NCBI GenBank assembly: GCA_963675525.2
Contig: CAXXSL010000013.1
Coordinates: forward strand, 678,630-742,629
Length of the DNA: 64,000 nucleotides
Origin: Anaerohalosphaeraceae bacterium
Lineage (GTDB): Bacteria > Planctomycetota > Phycisphaerae > Sedimentisphaerales > Anaerohalosphaeraceae
Direction: 5' to 3'
Positions 9,663-19,787 of this stretch are shown piece after piece. Below the pieces are notes generated by a model. That model saw only the letters and a list, made by a program, of their open reading frames with translations. It made no database searches and had not been told where the DNA came from. A program made the translations under genes and the position numbers. How positions within the stretch are numbered: the first letter of the stretch is position 1; every line of letters begins with the position of its first letter.

Positions 9663-10045
9663 CTGCATCCATTCAGTCGCGTACACCCGGCAATCCCCTG
9701 TAAATAAAAAAATGGGGGAAAGTTCAGATTAAGATATGGGTATTAATAACTAAAATTCCTCTTGTTACAGTTTTTTTTAATTTTTTCTTTTCCCATGCTG
9801 TCTTTGAACACTAAAATAATATTTCATCTCTCAGACAGTCATCTTGGCAGCGTATACGAAATTTCGTCGTTTTAGCAGGGTAAAGAGAAGAATGGACAGG
9901 GAGAAAACACTTCTAACGGTTTTTACACACCCTCTCTTCCGCTGTTTACAGATACGGCGCAAATCCATAAAACCACTCGTTTTTTCAAACAGAGAGAATT
10001 CATTGCTATATAAACAGAATTAACACTTTTTAAGGAGGATCAAAA

Positions 10046-12346
10046 ATGAAGACATTAAAAATGACACTTCTGACAGGTTTAATCATTGGATGCTGTTGCG
10101 GTACGGCCATGGCCGTCTCATGCGGCGGCACACCGGATTGCCCGGTGGCGCCGATGCCTCTTCCCGGTGATCTGCCCCCGTCCAGCACGGAGATGAATCC
10201 GGGCGGTAATTGGTTCGATACCGGCACCTCACCGACCAATGTCTGTTTTCCGGCCAGCGGCAATATCGCCGGGGTCAATCAATTGCGGGTCGGCAAGATC
10301 ACGGAAACACAATTATTCAACAAGCAGCCGGCCATCGAGGTTATCAGTGCCGGACAAGTCTATACGTTTCCGATGAACGGCGCAACTCTGAATGCCGGTG
10401 GCGTTCTGTGTGTTCCCGGAATCGGCGAGGCAGTGGCCATCACGAACACAAAAATCGGTACGGTTGTGGGCGGAAAACTCACCGAACACGCGCTGCCTGC
10501 CGGTTCGACGCCGGTCAGTGCGGTTATCATCGGCAATTGCCTGCGTCGTAACAATCTTGTTGAATTATGCGTCCAAACGTCGGCTCCGAGTATTGAAGTT
10601 GTCGTTTGGAAAAAACGAACGTCTTTCACGATTCCGGCACCCCCGGTGGCAACGCCGGACTCCTTTACCAACGGCCCGACTTCGGGCGTTGCTGTTTATA
10701 CGTCAACGACGGTGTATGTGATTAACGGCGGTAAAATGACCTCCTTTGCTTTGACGACGGGAACCTATGTCTCGCATGCGCCCGCCGCCAACGGCGTCAA
10801 TGTTACCACCACCGGCGGGGTTGAGTTTGTCGCCCTGGCGCCGGCGTGTGTGATCGTTCCGTTTGCTCCGTGTGTGCTTGCGCTGGATTCGTGCGGAGCA
10901 GGCATAACCCCATCGGCCATCGCCGTCAATATCGCGCCGTGCCCGAACATTAAAGCCGTTACGTCAACCTGGCCAGCCCTCGGCGCTGTCTGTAAATCGA
11001 CCGGTGCACGAAAAGGCGGCTTTTTCGGATGGCGCTTTAAAAAGAGCGCCGCCGGTAATTTCATACCCACCTTTGGCGACATCGATGCTGAGGTTCAGGC
11101 AATGGCTTATACGACAGCGACAGATATCACCGAGTTCGATTCGGATGTCGAGACGATCTGGAACGGGGGCATGCCCGGTACACCGGGGTTTCCCAATCCA
11201 TTGCTGGCCACCGCCATCAACCGCGACGGCGACGATTTAGCCACTGCGATGGCATCGATCGAAACATCTTACGATCCCGTTTCGGAAGTTCTCGAGATTG
11301 CCGCCTCGGTCAACGGCGGCATTGCTCTGCCACACAATGAGGGACATATCGGGTGGTTTTATGCGTCGGCTCAGCATCCGGTCGTATTTGAACAGTGGGA
11401 TGCCGACGATGATGTCGGCACCTACATGAGGTTGAGTGAGGATATTTTTATGCCGATCTCTACAGACACACATTCCAATTCACAGACAACACTTCATTTC
11501 AATTCAGCAAGCACGCTGTCCGGCCTGACGGAACTTTATACCGGAACCCTTGTTGCAACCCATAACTACACGGACCCGAATCTCAGCGTGACGTTCGAAA
11601 GCAATCCCCTGCTGGGACTGGACGATGAGGCGATTGAAGCGACGCTGGCGGCGGCGTTTGTTTATGATACCAATGAAGGCGGATACCGAGTTCCCGTTGA
11701 CGCCAATATCCTGGAACTTTTGATCGACGTGCCCGACGGTACGACGACCTTTGAAATATCGATGGATTTTGACATTGAAGGGACACATTATGAGTCCGGC
11801 TATTTCACCTGTGCCGAATTGCAGGCCGCCGGCGGCTCGCTCAGCGACGACTTTACCGGGCCGGACGATGTGCCGGACTGCCGGGTGAATCTGTATGATC
11901 TTGCGGCGTTTGGCGATTACTGGCTGGACGATTCATGCGGCGATCCCGACTGGTGCGGTGGGACCGATGTGGACCATAGCGGCGACAACGATCTAACAGA
12001 TCTGCTGACAGTGTCCGAACAATGGCTGATGGCACCCCCTGTTTTTCCACCCCATATTTGGTTCGAGGCGTGGGAATGCCCGACCCAGTGCAGCGGCGAC
12101 GCAGACTGTCTGCAGGAAGGTATCCCGATGACAGGCTTCTATTGGGTAGGCGACCAGGACCTGAGCATTTTGATCGCGGCGATGGATACGATCATCGGCA
12201 ATCCAAACTATGACCCACGGGCCGATTTCAATCGAGACGGGTCGGTCAACCAGGACGACTATGATATTTTGATCATGTATTACAAGGTTAAAGATCCGCC
12301 GCAGGGTCCGGGTATTCCTGACAACTGTGCGGTATTGCCATATTAA
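10046..12346 (+). CDS. Large secreted protein, unknown N-terminal region, two dockerin-like domains
   Basis: Signal peptide; DCRVNLYDLAAF..YWL, DVDHSGDNDLTDL and DFNRDGSVNQDD motifs. Confidence 0.8.
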   Translation: MKTLKMTLLTGLIIGCCCGTAMAVSCGGTPDCPVAPMPLPGDLPPSSTEMNPGGNWFDTGTSPTNVCFPASGNIAGVNQLRVGKITETQLFNKQPAIEVISAGQVYTFPMNGATLNAGGVLCVPGIGEAVAITNTKIGTVVGGKLTEHALPAGSTPVSAVIIGNCLRRNNLVELCVQTSAPSIEVVVWKKRTSFTIPAPPVATPDSFTNGPTSGVAVYTSTTVYVINGGKMTSFALTTGTYVSHAPAANGVNVTTTGGVEFVALAPACVIVPFAPCVLALDSCGAGITPSAIAVNIAPCPNIKAVTSTWPALGAVCKSTGARKGGFFGWRFKKSAAGNFIPTFGDIDAEVQAMAYTTATDITEFDSDVETIWNGGMPGTPGFPNPLLATAINRDGDDLATAMASIETSYDPVSEVLEIAASVNGGIALPHNEGHIGWFYASAQHPVVFEQWDADDDVGTYMRLSEDIFMPISTDTHSNSQTTLHFNSASTLSGLTELYTGTLVATHNYTDPNLSVTFESNPLLGLDDEAIEATLAAAFVYDTNEGGYRVPVDANILELLIDVPDGTTTFEISMDFDIEGTHYESGYFTCAELQAAGGSLSDDFTGPDDVPDCRVNLYDLAAFGDYWLDDSCGDPDWCGGTDVDHSGDNDLTDLLTVSEQWLMAPPVFPPHIWFEAWECPTQCSGDADCLQEGIPMTGFYWVGDQDLSILIAAMDTIIGNPNYDPRADFNRDGSVNQDDYDILIMYYKVKDPPQGPGIPDNCAVLPY

Positions 12347-12399
12347 AAGTGCCCGGCGATTTGTAGGGAAACGGCCGGGGCAACATGAGTGTGCCGGCA

Positions 12400-12573
12400 A
12401 GTCGTGGGCACCTAACAAAAATGATAAGAAGGATAAGATGGAAAAGAAGTCACCCCCCCACTTCGTTTCCGCTTTCCTTCGAACAACAGGACATCCACTG
12501 CGCCCGGGCCGCCAATGCCGAAGCCATGGCCGCGTTTATGAATGATGCCGCTGAATCGGACGAACAATTGTGA
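12400..12573 (+). pseudogene. 3' fragment of phage-type replication initiator (copy D), frameshifted
   Basis: PNKNDKKDKMEKK then, in another frame, SFPLSFEQQDIHCARAANAEAMAAFM; near-identical DNA to about 9550-9630. Confidence 0.85.
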
Positions 12574-12608
12574 TTGCATGAAGGTGAAGGCTTGTTTACA
12601 ATGATCTT

Positions 12609-13193
12609 ATGATGATGAGGCGCTTTTATACTATTGCTGTCTGTCTGGTACTGGATATCATTTTGTCGATGGTCTTCGTAGCGGCGTTTTTGACCCGGCA
12701 CGATGAAGTGACTCTGGGGGTCGGGGCGGTGCTTGCGATCCTGTATCTTGTTGAAATTATTATGATGTGTTTCTTCTGGCACGCCGCCTGGCGGACCATC
12801 CAGGACGGCAACGCCCGCACAACACCCGGCAAAGCGATCGGGTTGATGTTCATCCCGCTGTTCAACCTCTACTGGGCGTTTGTCCTGATCGCCGGCTTCG
12901 CCAAAGATTACAACGCCTTTTGCCGTCGGCATGGGATTGGCAACCCGCCGCACCGTCTGCGCGGATGGTATTACCTGACGGTCGTGATCATGTGGGTCGT
13001 TTTGGTGTTCCTCCGATACGTCCCGCTCATCGGCCGCATTTATGTCCTGCTTTACCTCCGGTACAACCCAACCATCAGCGTCTCTTACGGCATGGTTTTT
13101 TCACTTGCGATGCTTGTATTGCTGTACAAAACCGCCCGCGCCGTGATGGCGGTTCAGGAGTTTAACGCGACAGCGCCCCGGTCATCCCGATAA
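12609..13193 (+). CDS. Membrane protein (DUF4328-like), probably leaderless
   Basis: TTPGKAIGLMFIPLFNLYW motif; several TM segments; TTGCAT-17-TACAAT ends 6 nt before ATG. Confidence 0.75.
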   Translation: MMMRRFYTIAVCLVLDIILSMVFVAAFLTRHDEVTLGVGAVLAILYLVEIIMMCFFWHAAWRTIQDGNARTTPGKAIGLMFIPLFNLYWAFVLIAGFAKDYNAFCRRHGIGNPPHRLRGWYYLTVVIMWVVLVFLRYVPLIGRIYVLLYLRYNPTISVSYGMVFSLAMLVLLYKTARAVMAVQEFNATAPRSSR

Positions 13194-13451
13194 ACAGAAT
13201 GTCTCATCGGCCAACGGGGTCCCTCCGAAAACATCGAATGTTCAAGATGAATTTAGGGAAAATATCGGCATAGAAATGACTGAATGATGTTTTGCATCTG
13301 TTTAAACGGAAAATTTCAGTCAAAAATAATTCCTGTTGTAACCCTCAGGCCGCGTAGTATAATAATGATCAGGTAGAGGGCATCCCTACAGAGGTGCCGT
13401 AACGCTCCAGTCTTCATGTACAGAAAACCGCCCTATCGCAGGAGGCACACA

Positions 13452-15281
13452 GTGAGCAAGGCAGGCAAACGCATTTCGTTTAACGTAACGCGATATGCCG
13501 TGGTACTATCAATGATATGGACCCTTGTTATCATCGGCTTTATCACCTGGATCGTAATTTACGAGACGGAACATGCCCGACAGCTTGCCCGCAATGATGC
13601 CGGCGCAGACTTTACTGTCGCACGAGCGGAGATCGTCCTGCAATCAACAATTATGGTGCTGGTATGGCTTTTTGGGATTGCAGGGGTGGCTTTTTTCACA
13701 CGCTGCGTCCGCAGATATCAGCGGGAGCATGCTGGAACTGAGCAGGCCCTTGAAAAAGAGCGTCAACGCTTCTTTGCCCTGCTTGAGACTCTGCCGGCTT
13801 ATGTCTATCTGCAGGCCCCGGATCATTCCATCCGGTTCGCAAACCGTTACTACAGGCAGCTGTTTGGTGATACGGAGGGGGTGCCTTGTTATAAAAGCCT
13901 TTGGGATCGGGATGAGCCATGCGAAACATGCCCAACGTTCACGATTTTCGAGACCCACGAGCCGAAGAGGTGGGAATGGTCTCAGGCATCGAATGGACGA
14001 TGTTACGAGATTTACGATTACCCGTTCACGGATATCGACGGGTCGATGCTGGTGCTGGTCATGGGCATTGACATCACCGAACGCAAACAGGCCGAGTTTG
14101 AACGTGAAGAGCTTTTAAAGACGCTGGAATCAAAGAACAAGGAACTGAATCAAGAGAAGCTGTTTTCCGAAGATATTATCAACAGTCTTCCCGGAATATT
14201 CTATATGTTTGATGAAAAACGCCTTGTTCAATGGAATCGTCTCTTCGAGACGGTCACCGGATACCCGCCCCGGGAACTTTCTAGAATGTCCGGCCCTGAT
14301 TTCTTTGAAGGGGATGATAAGGTTTTAATAGCAGAAAGAATGCAGAAGGTTTTTGTCGATGGCCAGTCAGATGCCGAGGCTGAATTGGTAACAAAATCAG
14401 GGAACCGGATCCCGCACTACTTTACCGGACGCCTTTGCCGAATAGCAAACACAAATTATCTCGTTGGACTGGGTATTGATATTACCGCAAGAAAAATTGC
14501 GGAGAAGGATCGTGAGCAGCTTTTAAAGACGCTTGAGTCGAAGAACAAGGAGTTGCAGAGTATCGTCTATGTCGCTTCACACGACCTGAAGAGCCCGCTT
14601 ATTAATATCAAGGGCTTTAGCGGAATGCTTGAGGAAAGCTGTAACAATCTCTCAACAATCGTCAACGATGCTAAAAGCATGCGTGACGAGCAGAACGCCA
14701 AAGAGCTTGGCCGGATCACCCGCGAAGATATACCGGAATACCTGAAATACATCCAGGCGGGTGCCCTTAAGATGTCGAAACTTCTTGACGGTCTGCTGCA
14801 GGTCTCTCGTGTAGGGAACACGGAGATCTTTACAGAACCGCTTAACATGAACAAGATCATCAATGATATTCAAGAGGCGATCGAGTTTCAGCTTAAAAAG
14901 ACAGGAGCTCCGGTCGTGGTCGATGACCTGCCGAGGTGTATTGGGGATGAGGCGATGGTTAACCAGATCTTTTCGAATCTTATCGACAACGCTCTAAAAT
15001 ACCTCAACCCGGACCGGCCCGGCAGGATACATGTCTACGGATGGACCGATGACGGCATGAGCACTTATTGCGTTGAAGATAACGGCATCGGTATTGCCGA
15101 GAACAATATGAACTACATCTTTGAGATATTCCACCGGCTCGACCCCGACGACGGCATCGGCGGCGAGGGACTGGGGCTCAGCATCGTGATGCGTTCACTG
15201 GACAGGCTCGACGGAAGCATCCGCATCGAATCCAAACTCGGCAAGGGAAGTAAATTTTTCGTGACACTGCCGGGATGTTAA
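13452..15281 (+). CDS. PAS-domain sensor histidine kinase
   Basis: Two TM helices, two PAS/PAC domains, H-box SHDLKSPL, N-box NLIDNALKY, DNGIGI, GEGLGL; GTG start after AGGAGG. Confidence 0.93.
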   Translation: MSKAGKRISFNVTRYAVVLSMIWTLVIIGFITWIVIYETEHARQLARNDAGADFTVARAEIVLQSTIMVLVWLFGIAGVAFFTRCVRRYQREHAGTEQALEKERQRFFALLETLPAYVYLQAPDHSIRFANRYYRQLFGDTEGVPCYKSLWDRDEPCETCPTFTIFETHEPKRWEWSQASNGRCYEIYDYPFTDIDGSMLVLVMGIDITERKQAEFEREELLKTLESKNKELNQEKLFSEDIINSLPGIFYMFDEKRLVQWNRLFETVTGYPPRELSRMSGPDFFEGDDKVLIAERMQKVFVDGQSDAEAELVTKSGNRIPHYFTGRLCRIANTNYLVGLGIDITARKIAEKDREQLLKTLESKNKELQSIVYVASHDLKSPLINIKGFSGMLEESCNNLSTIVNDAKSMRDEQNAKELGRITREDIPEYLKYIQAGALKMSKLLDGLLQVSRVGNTEIFTEPLNMNKIINDIQEAIEFQLKKTGAPVVVDDLPRCIGDEAMVNQIFSNLIDNALKYLNPDRPGRIHVYGWTDDGMSTYCVEDNGIGIAENNMNYIFEIFHRLDPDDGIGGEGLGLSIVMRSLDRLDGSIRIESKLGKGSKFFVTLPGC

Positions 15282-15361
15282 AGATATTCCCTTTTCGAAC
15301 TCCACGTACTTTATTATCAGTAATGAGTTTTTGTCTGGTGCAGAAAAAGCCCTGGCCTCGC

Positions 15362-15739
15362 TTATCCGGCCATCATGCCGATGATGACCAACCCGATCGT
15401 CCCGAAAACAGCCGTCGCCGAGAAGATCACCCCTAAGACGGCAAACACCTTCTTGCGGTGTTTCTGGAATAGCCCGGCGATGCCCAGTCCGAAGGCAACC
15501 ATGTCAAACATGATCAGTCCGATGATGCCCATCCCGAGAATAATGGCCGCGGGCGATTCTTCATCGATGCCGCCGGGCGAAGCGGTTTCCATAATGCCGG
15601 CAATGATGATCATGAGAAAGATGAGAATTCCCACAAAAATGCTGACCGCAAAAGAAGCGATACCGAGGCCCGAATGTTTCATCGTAACAGATATCGGCAC
15701 CGGTGGAACTGAATAATACGCAACAGGTTCATTGTCCAT
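15362..15739 (-). CDS. Small membrane protein (DUF4190-like)
   Basis: KHSGLGIASF motif; three hydrophobic segments. Confidence 0.7.
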   Translation of the reverse strand: MDNEPVAYYSVPPVPISVTMKHSGLGIASFAVSIFVGILIFLMIIIAGIMETASPGGIDEESPAAIILGMGIIGLIMFDMVAFGLGIAGLFQKHRKKVFAVLGVIFSATAVFGTIGLVIIGMMAG

Positions 15740-15943
15740 GTCAACTGGCTCCTAATGGGATTATTGACGAACCTCTCTTCATGCAGCAAATATAGCCTGT
15801 GTTTCAGTATAATACAACGATAATTTTCAGAAAGGAGCCTGTGAATGTTATCCAAAGAAGCGTTCATGTAATGCTTTCAAAGCAGTCTTTTTATTCAGCA
15901 ACAACTTAGAAGCGGACACATTGTATGCCTGCCGGTCGACATT

Positions 15944-17797
15944 TTATTTGGGGATGCAGGCGGGATTGTCCGGCTCGTCCCAGCAGTCAATCAGCCAGTT
16001 GGACGCCATCATTGCAATATCCTGCAAATTCACCCGGCAGTCATCGTTTAGGTCCCCGGTAACATTAAACCCGCAGACCTTTATCATCGCAATGCTATAA
16101 TTGCCCATCCCACTGATGGCCGTATAGTCGTTGCCAGGCGGTGCGATTGCCTGGCCGTAGACCGAGGCCGAACCTCCCCCTCCCCATGCAATGATTGAGC
16201 CGTCGCTTTTCAGCGCCAAACTGTGCCAATCTCCGGCCGCAATCGCAGTACAATCATTGGCATCCGGCGGCACGGTCGCCTTGCCGTATTCATCATTGCC
16301 CCAGGCAACGACCTGTCCGTTGCTTTTCAATGCAAGGTTGTGATCGCCGCCTGCAGCAATCGCAATAAAATCGTTTCCGGCAGGCGTGTCTGTGACCTGT
16401 CCCTCATCATAAGAACTGCCGTCGCTGACGCCCCAGGCAACAAGCGAGCCGTCATGTTTCAGTGCAAGGCTGTGATAGGATCCGGCATCAATGGCTGCAA
16501 AATCGTTTCCGTCAGGGGTCTCCGTGACCTGGCCTCTGTCAACATTACTGCCGTCGCTGGCACCCCAGGCAACGAGCGAGCCGTCATGTTTCAGTGCAAG
16601 GCTGTGATAACCACCGGCCGCGATGGCAATGCAGTCATTGGCATCGGACGGAACCGTCGACTCACCGACGATATCCCAGCCCCAAGCAACAACCGAGCCG
16701 TCACTTGCCAGCGCAAGATTGTGAGTCCAGCCGGTATCAATCGCGGTATAGCCGTTGTCTGTGGGTGTGTCCCTGACCTGCCCGTGATCCATGGCTGTAT
16801 GATTGTTTATCCCCCAGGCGACAATGGTGCCGTCCGGTTTCAAAGCCAGTGTATACAAACCGCCGGCCGAGATGGCGGTATAGTCGGTGCCCTGCGGCGA
16901 GGTCGCCTGGCCGGAAGTGTCATATCCCCAGCCGACAACAACGCCGTCGCTTCGCAGTGCAAGGCTGTGATTGTCGCCGGTGCCAATGGCGACGTAGTCG
17001 GCTCCCGTGGGGGCACCGCTTATCTGACCGTAAAAATCCGTTCCCCAGGCAACCACGCTGCCGTCATCTTTCAGAGCAAGGTTGTGAAAGTTGCCGGCGG
17101 CAATCGCGATATAGTCGCTGCCTGCGGGAACATTTATCTGACCGTCACTATTGCTTCCCCAGCCGACGATTGAACCGTTGCTCCTGAGTGCAAGACCGTG
17201 ATTGGCACCGGCGGAAATGGCAATATAGTCGGTTCCGGCGGGGATGTCGCTGATTTGACCATAATCATCGGATCCCCAGCCGATAATCGATCCCCCGCTT
17301 TTGAGGGCAAAACTGAGGTGTTGACCGGCGGAAATCGCAATGCAGTCATTGGCGTCAGCCGGAACAATCGTCTCGCCTTGAAAATCGTCTCCCCAGGAAA
17401 TAACCTGACCGTTGCTTTTCAATGCAAGAGCATGATATCTTCCGGCGGCGATAGCTATATAGTCGTTACCCGCAGGTGTCATTGTCTGCTCTTCGCCATC
17501 GCCCCAGCCGACAATCGACCCGTCACTTTTCAGCGCAAGGCCATAGCTATCGCAGGCATCGATGGCAATACACTCATCGTCAGGGAATCTGGGATCATGA
17601 TAATCACGCCCCCATTGAATGACGCGGCCGTCGTTTGTCAGGGCAAGACTTTGATATCGGTCGGCGGCAAGTGTGCTGATATTGGTAAGGTCCGGGCCGG
17701 GGACGGTGCGGTCTCCCCAGCTGTACAGTCTGTCAGCAAAAACACAGCCTGAAAGGACTATCCCAACGGCCATGCAGAATACGAATTGCCTTTTCAT
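15944..17797 (-). CDS. Secreted RCC1-repeat protein with dockerin-like tail
   Basis: Many IAAGxxHxLALxxDGSxVAWG repeats; GDLNDDCRVNLQD..MASNWL. Confidence 0.9.
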   Translation of the reverse strand: MKRQFVFCMAVGIVLSGCVFADRLYSWGDRTVPGPDLTNISTLAADRYQSLALTNDGRVIQWGRDYHDPRFPDDECIAIDACDSYGLALKSDGSIVGWGDGEEQTMTPAGNDYIAIAAGRYHALALKSNGQVISWGDDFQGETIVPADANDCIAISAGQHLSFALKSGGSIIGWGSDDYGQISDIPAGTDYIAISAGANHGLALRSNGSIVGWGSNSDGQINVPAGSDYIAIAAGNFHNLALKDDGSVVAWGTDFYGQISGAPTGADYVAIGTGDNHSLALRSDGVVVGWGYDTSGQATSPQGTDYTAISAGGLYTLALKPDGTIVAWGINNHTAMDHGQVRDTPTDNGYTAIDTGWTHNLALASDGSVVAWGWDIVGESTVPSDANDCIAIAAGGYHSLALKHDGSLVAWGASDGSNVDRGQVTETPDGNDFAAIDAGSYHSLALKHDGSLVAWGVSDGSSYDEGQVTDTPAGNDFIAIAAGGDHNLALKSNGQVVAWGNDEYGKATVPPDANDCTAIAAGDWHSLALKSDGSIIAWGGGGSASVYGQAIAPPGNDYTAISGMGNYSIAMIKVCGFNVTGDLNDDCRVNLQDIAMMASNWLIDCWDEPDNPACIPK

Positions 17798-17968
17798 GTC
17801 TGCTCTCCTTCACGCTGTCTCAAACTGAGAGATTCCAATAAGCATGATTTCCTCCGTATCACGCCCGCAATTATACAAAATTGGCCCCGAACTTTCAAGG
17901 TTTTTTTTAGCCATTCGGCCCATTAGCCATTTGCGTTTTTCCATCGTTTCTGCAAGCGAAACGCCCCG

Positions 17969-19534
17969 CTACTCAATTGTGACCAGGTCGATCCAGGCGC
18001 AGTCGCTGCCGGTAGACACCGAGAGATCTTTTTCGTAGGACCACCTGAAGGTATGCACGCCGGAGGCCACCGGGAATGACACCTGTGACCAGCTAACGGT
18101 ACCGGACCATTGACTCTGTTGGGCACCATCGATATAAAAACGCAGATAATCAAAACTGCTCTCGCTGGAAACGCTTCGATAGAACGAAATGGTCCCCGCC
18201 TCGGCAATATTGATCTCAACATCCAGCCGGCTTACCTCATTGTGTGTGATGGGTCCGGATCGGGCCGAATGGCTCCCCTCGTAAGACACACCGGACACCA
18301 CCTGCCAAGGGGCGCTGCCGGAATGTTGCCAGTCATAGAGGGAAAAATCCCCGGTCTCGAAGGTTTCTTCGAATCCGCCAACACAACCATCCATCCAATG
18401 CTCACTAAACACCAGCAGGTCGTTGGCGTCAACCTGGTTATTGCAAGGCAACGAAATGTCGCAAGCGGTATTCCATCCCGGCTGGCCGGATTGCGTATCC
18501 CACGCGGATGCAAAGATGGAAAAGTCGGTCAAATTCACCAGCCCGTCAAGGTTCAGGTCCGGTGATCTTTCAACCCCCCAGATCTCCCATGTCACATCCG
18601 ACGTATAATAGGTCGTGCCGGGTGTAGAGTGGTCAATGATGATGTTATCCACTTTTAAGACAAAGTCGGTAATGACACAGCCGTAGAGGTCCGGGTAGCC
18701 GTCAGCGATCCCGGCGGATTTGACAAGCGTATCGCTTTCGACATTGCCCTCAACAGAAAACTCCGCGAGGACCTTCAACGTCTGATCGATCCCATTGGTC
18801 AGATAGTCCACCGCTTCGGGAAAGTCGTCCGCACTGAGGTTTAGAAACGATCCCTTATCCCACTCGGTCACGTTGAAAAAGCTCGGACCGAACAAATCCC
18901 AATAGCCGCCCATCCGCATTTGAAACTCCATGCTGTAATAATCATCCCCGCCGATGCCCATCCATGTATCATGCCGGATCGATGCGATCAACCGTGCATC
19001 CGGTCGCTGTTCGGCTTCGATGCGGACCTTCAAATGATTGTAGCTGGACGTGTTCTGTCTCAAGTTCGACCAGCGGTAGTCGGGTGAAGTGCCGATCGTC
19101 GGACCCGAACACAATGGGAAATATCCGTCCCCTGCCTGCATGACGGAAAAAATGAACGTCTCCGGCACCCTGACATACGGCACCTCAAACGTGATGGCCT
19201 GCTCACCGCCGACCATGACCACATTGGTCATCGGCGGACTTTGCCAGATAACTTTGCCGGGGTAATCACCCGGAGCACTGGGCGCAAAGAACCGCAGGAC
19301 ATAATCATTCGTCTGGCCGGCACTGGAACTGCCGATGCCGACATTGATCGTAACGCTTGTCACAAAACGCCTGTCGCCGGCAAGCGTAACGGTGTTTCCA
19401 ATATCGCGAATGAAAGCCCCGCTTCCTGTCGTTGACGAAAGACTGTCATAGACGACCTGTGCACAAGCCGAGCTTGTGGCGATGATACAAACAACAACCA
19501 ACAGAGTACGGGAATGCTTGCTGATAATACCCAT
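17969..19534 (-). CDS. Secreted protein with dockerin-like domain and C-terminal beta-sandwich domain
   Basis: ATG 19534 after AGGAGG; DLNLDGLVNLTDF; VSSESSFDYLRFYIDG...WSYEKD...AWID. Confidence 0.8.
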   Translation of the reverse strand: MGIISKHSRTLLVVVCIIATSSACAQVVYDSLSSTTGSGAFIRDIGNTVTLAGDRRFVTSVTINVGIGSSSAGQTNDYVLRFFAPSAPGDYPGKVIWQSPPMTNVVMVGGEQAITFEVPYVRVPETFIFSVMQAGDGYFPLCSGPTIGTSPDYRWSNLRQNTSSYNHLKVRIEAEQRPDARLIASIRHDTWMGIGGDDYYSMEFQMRMGGYWDLFGPSFFNVTEWDKGSFLNLSADDFPEAVDYLTNGIDQTLKVLAEFSVEGNVESDTLVKSAGIADGYPDLYGCVITDFVLKVDNIIIDHSTPGTTYYTSDVTWEIWGVERSPDLNLDGLVNLTDFSIFASAWDTQSGQPGWNTACDISLPCNNQVDANDLLVFSEHWMDGCVGGFEETFETGDFSLYDWQHSGSAPWQVVSGVSYEGSHSARSGPITHNEVSRLDVEINIAEAGTISFYRSVSSESSFDYLRFYIDGAQQSQWSGTVSWSQVSFPVASGVHTFRWSYEKDLSVSTGSDCAWIDLVTIE

Positions 19535-19787
19535 GAGTATACCCTCCTGTAACAATATTTGAGCCTCCTGTTTAAACCGGACCGTTTTGCTGTGAAAAAT
19601 ATCGAGGAAATTAACACGCAGCACAAACCTTCCGGCTTTCTACAACCTTACATGTTTGTCCCATTAATCATATCAAAACAGACAGAAAAAACAAGTTAAA
19701 TCTTATCAGAAAACGAAAAAAGCCTCAGCCGCACCCTGCCCGTGACAGAGGCGGTTAAACATTCATTATTAGGAAGGAGCTTGATCG

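Noticed and set aside
16223..17752. Long plus-strand ORFs over the RCC1 gene, and similar shadows at 24160, 31516, 32732, 50060 and 51736
   Set aside because: Antisense to motif-supported genes, with no independent coding signal
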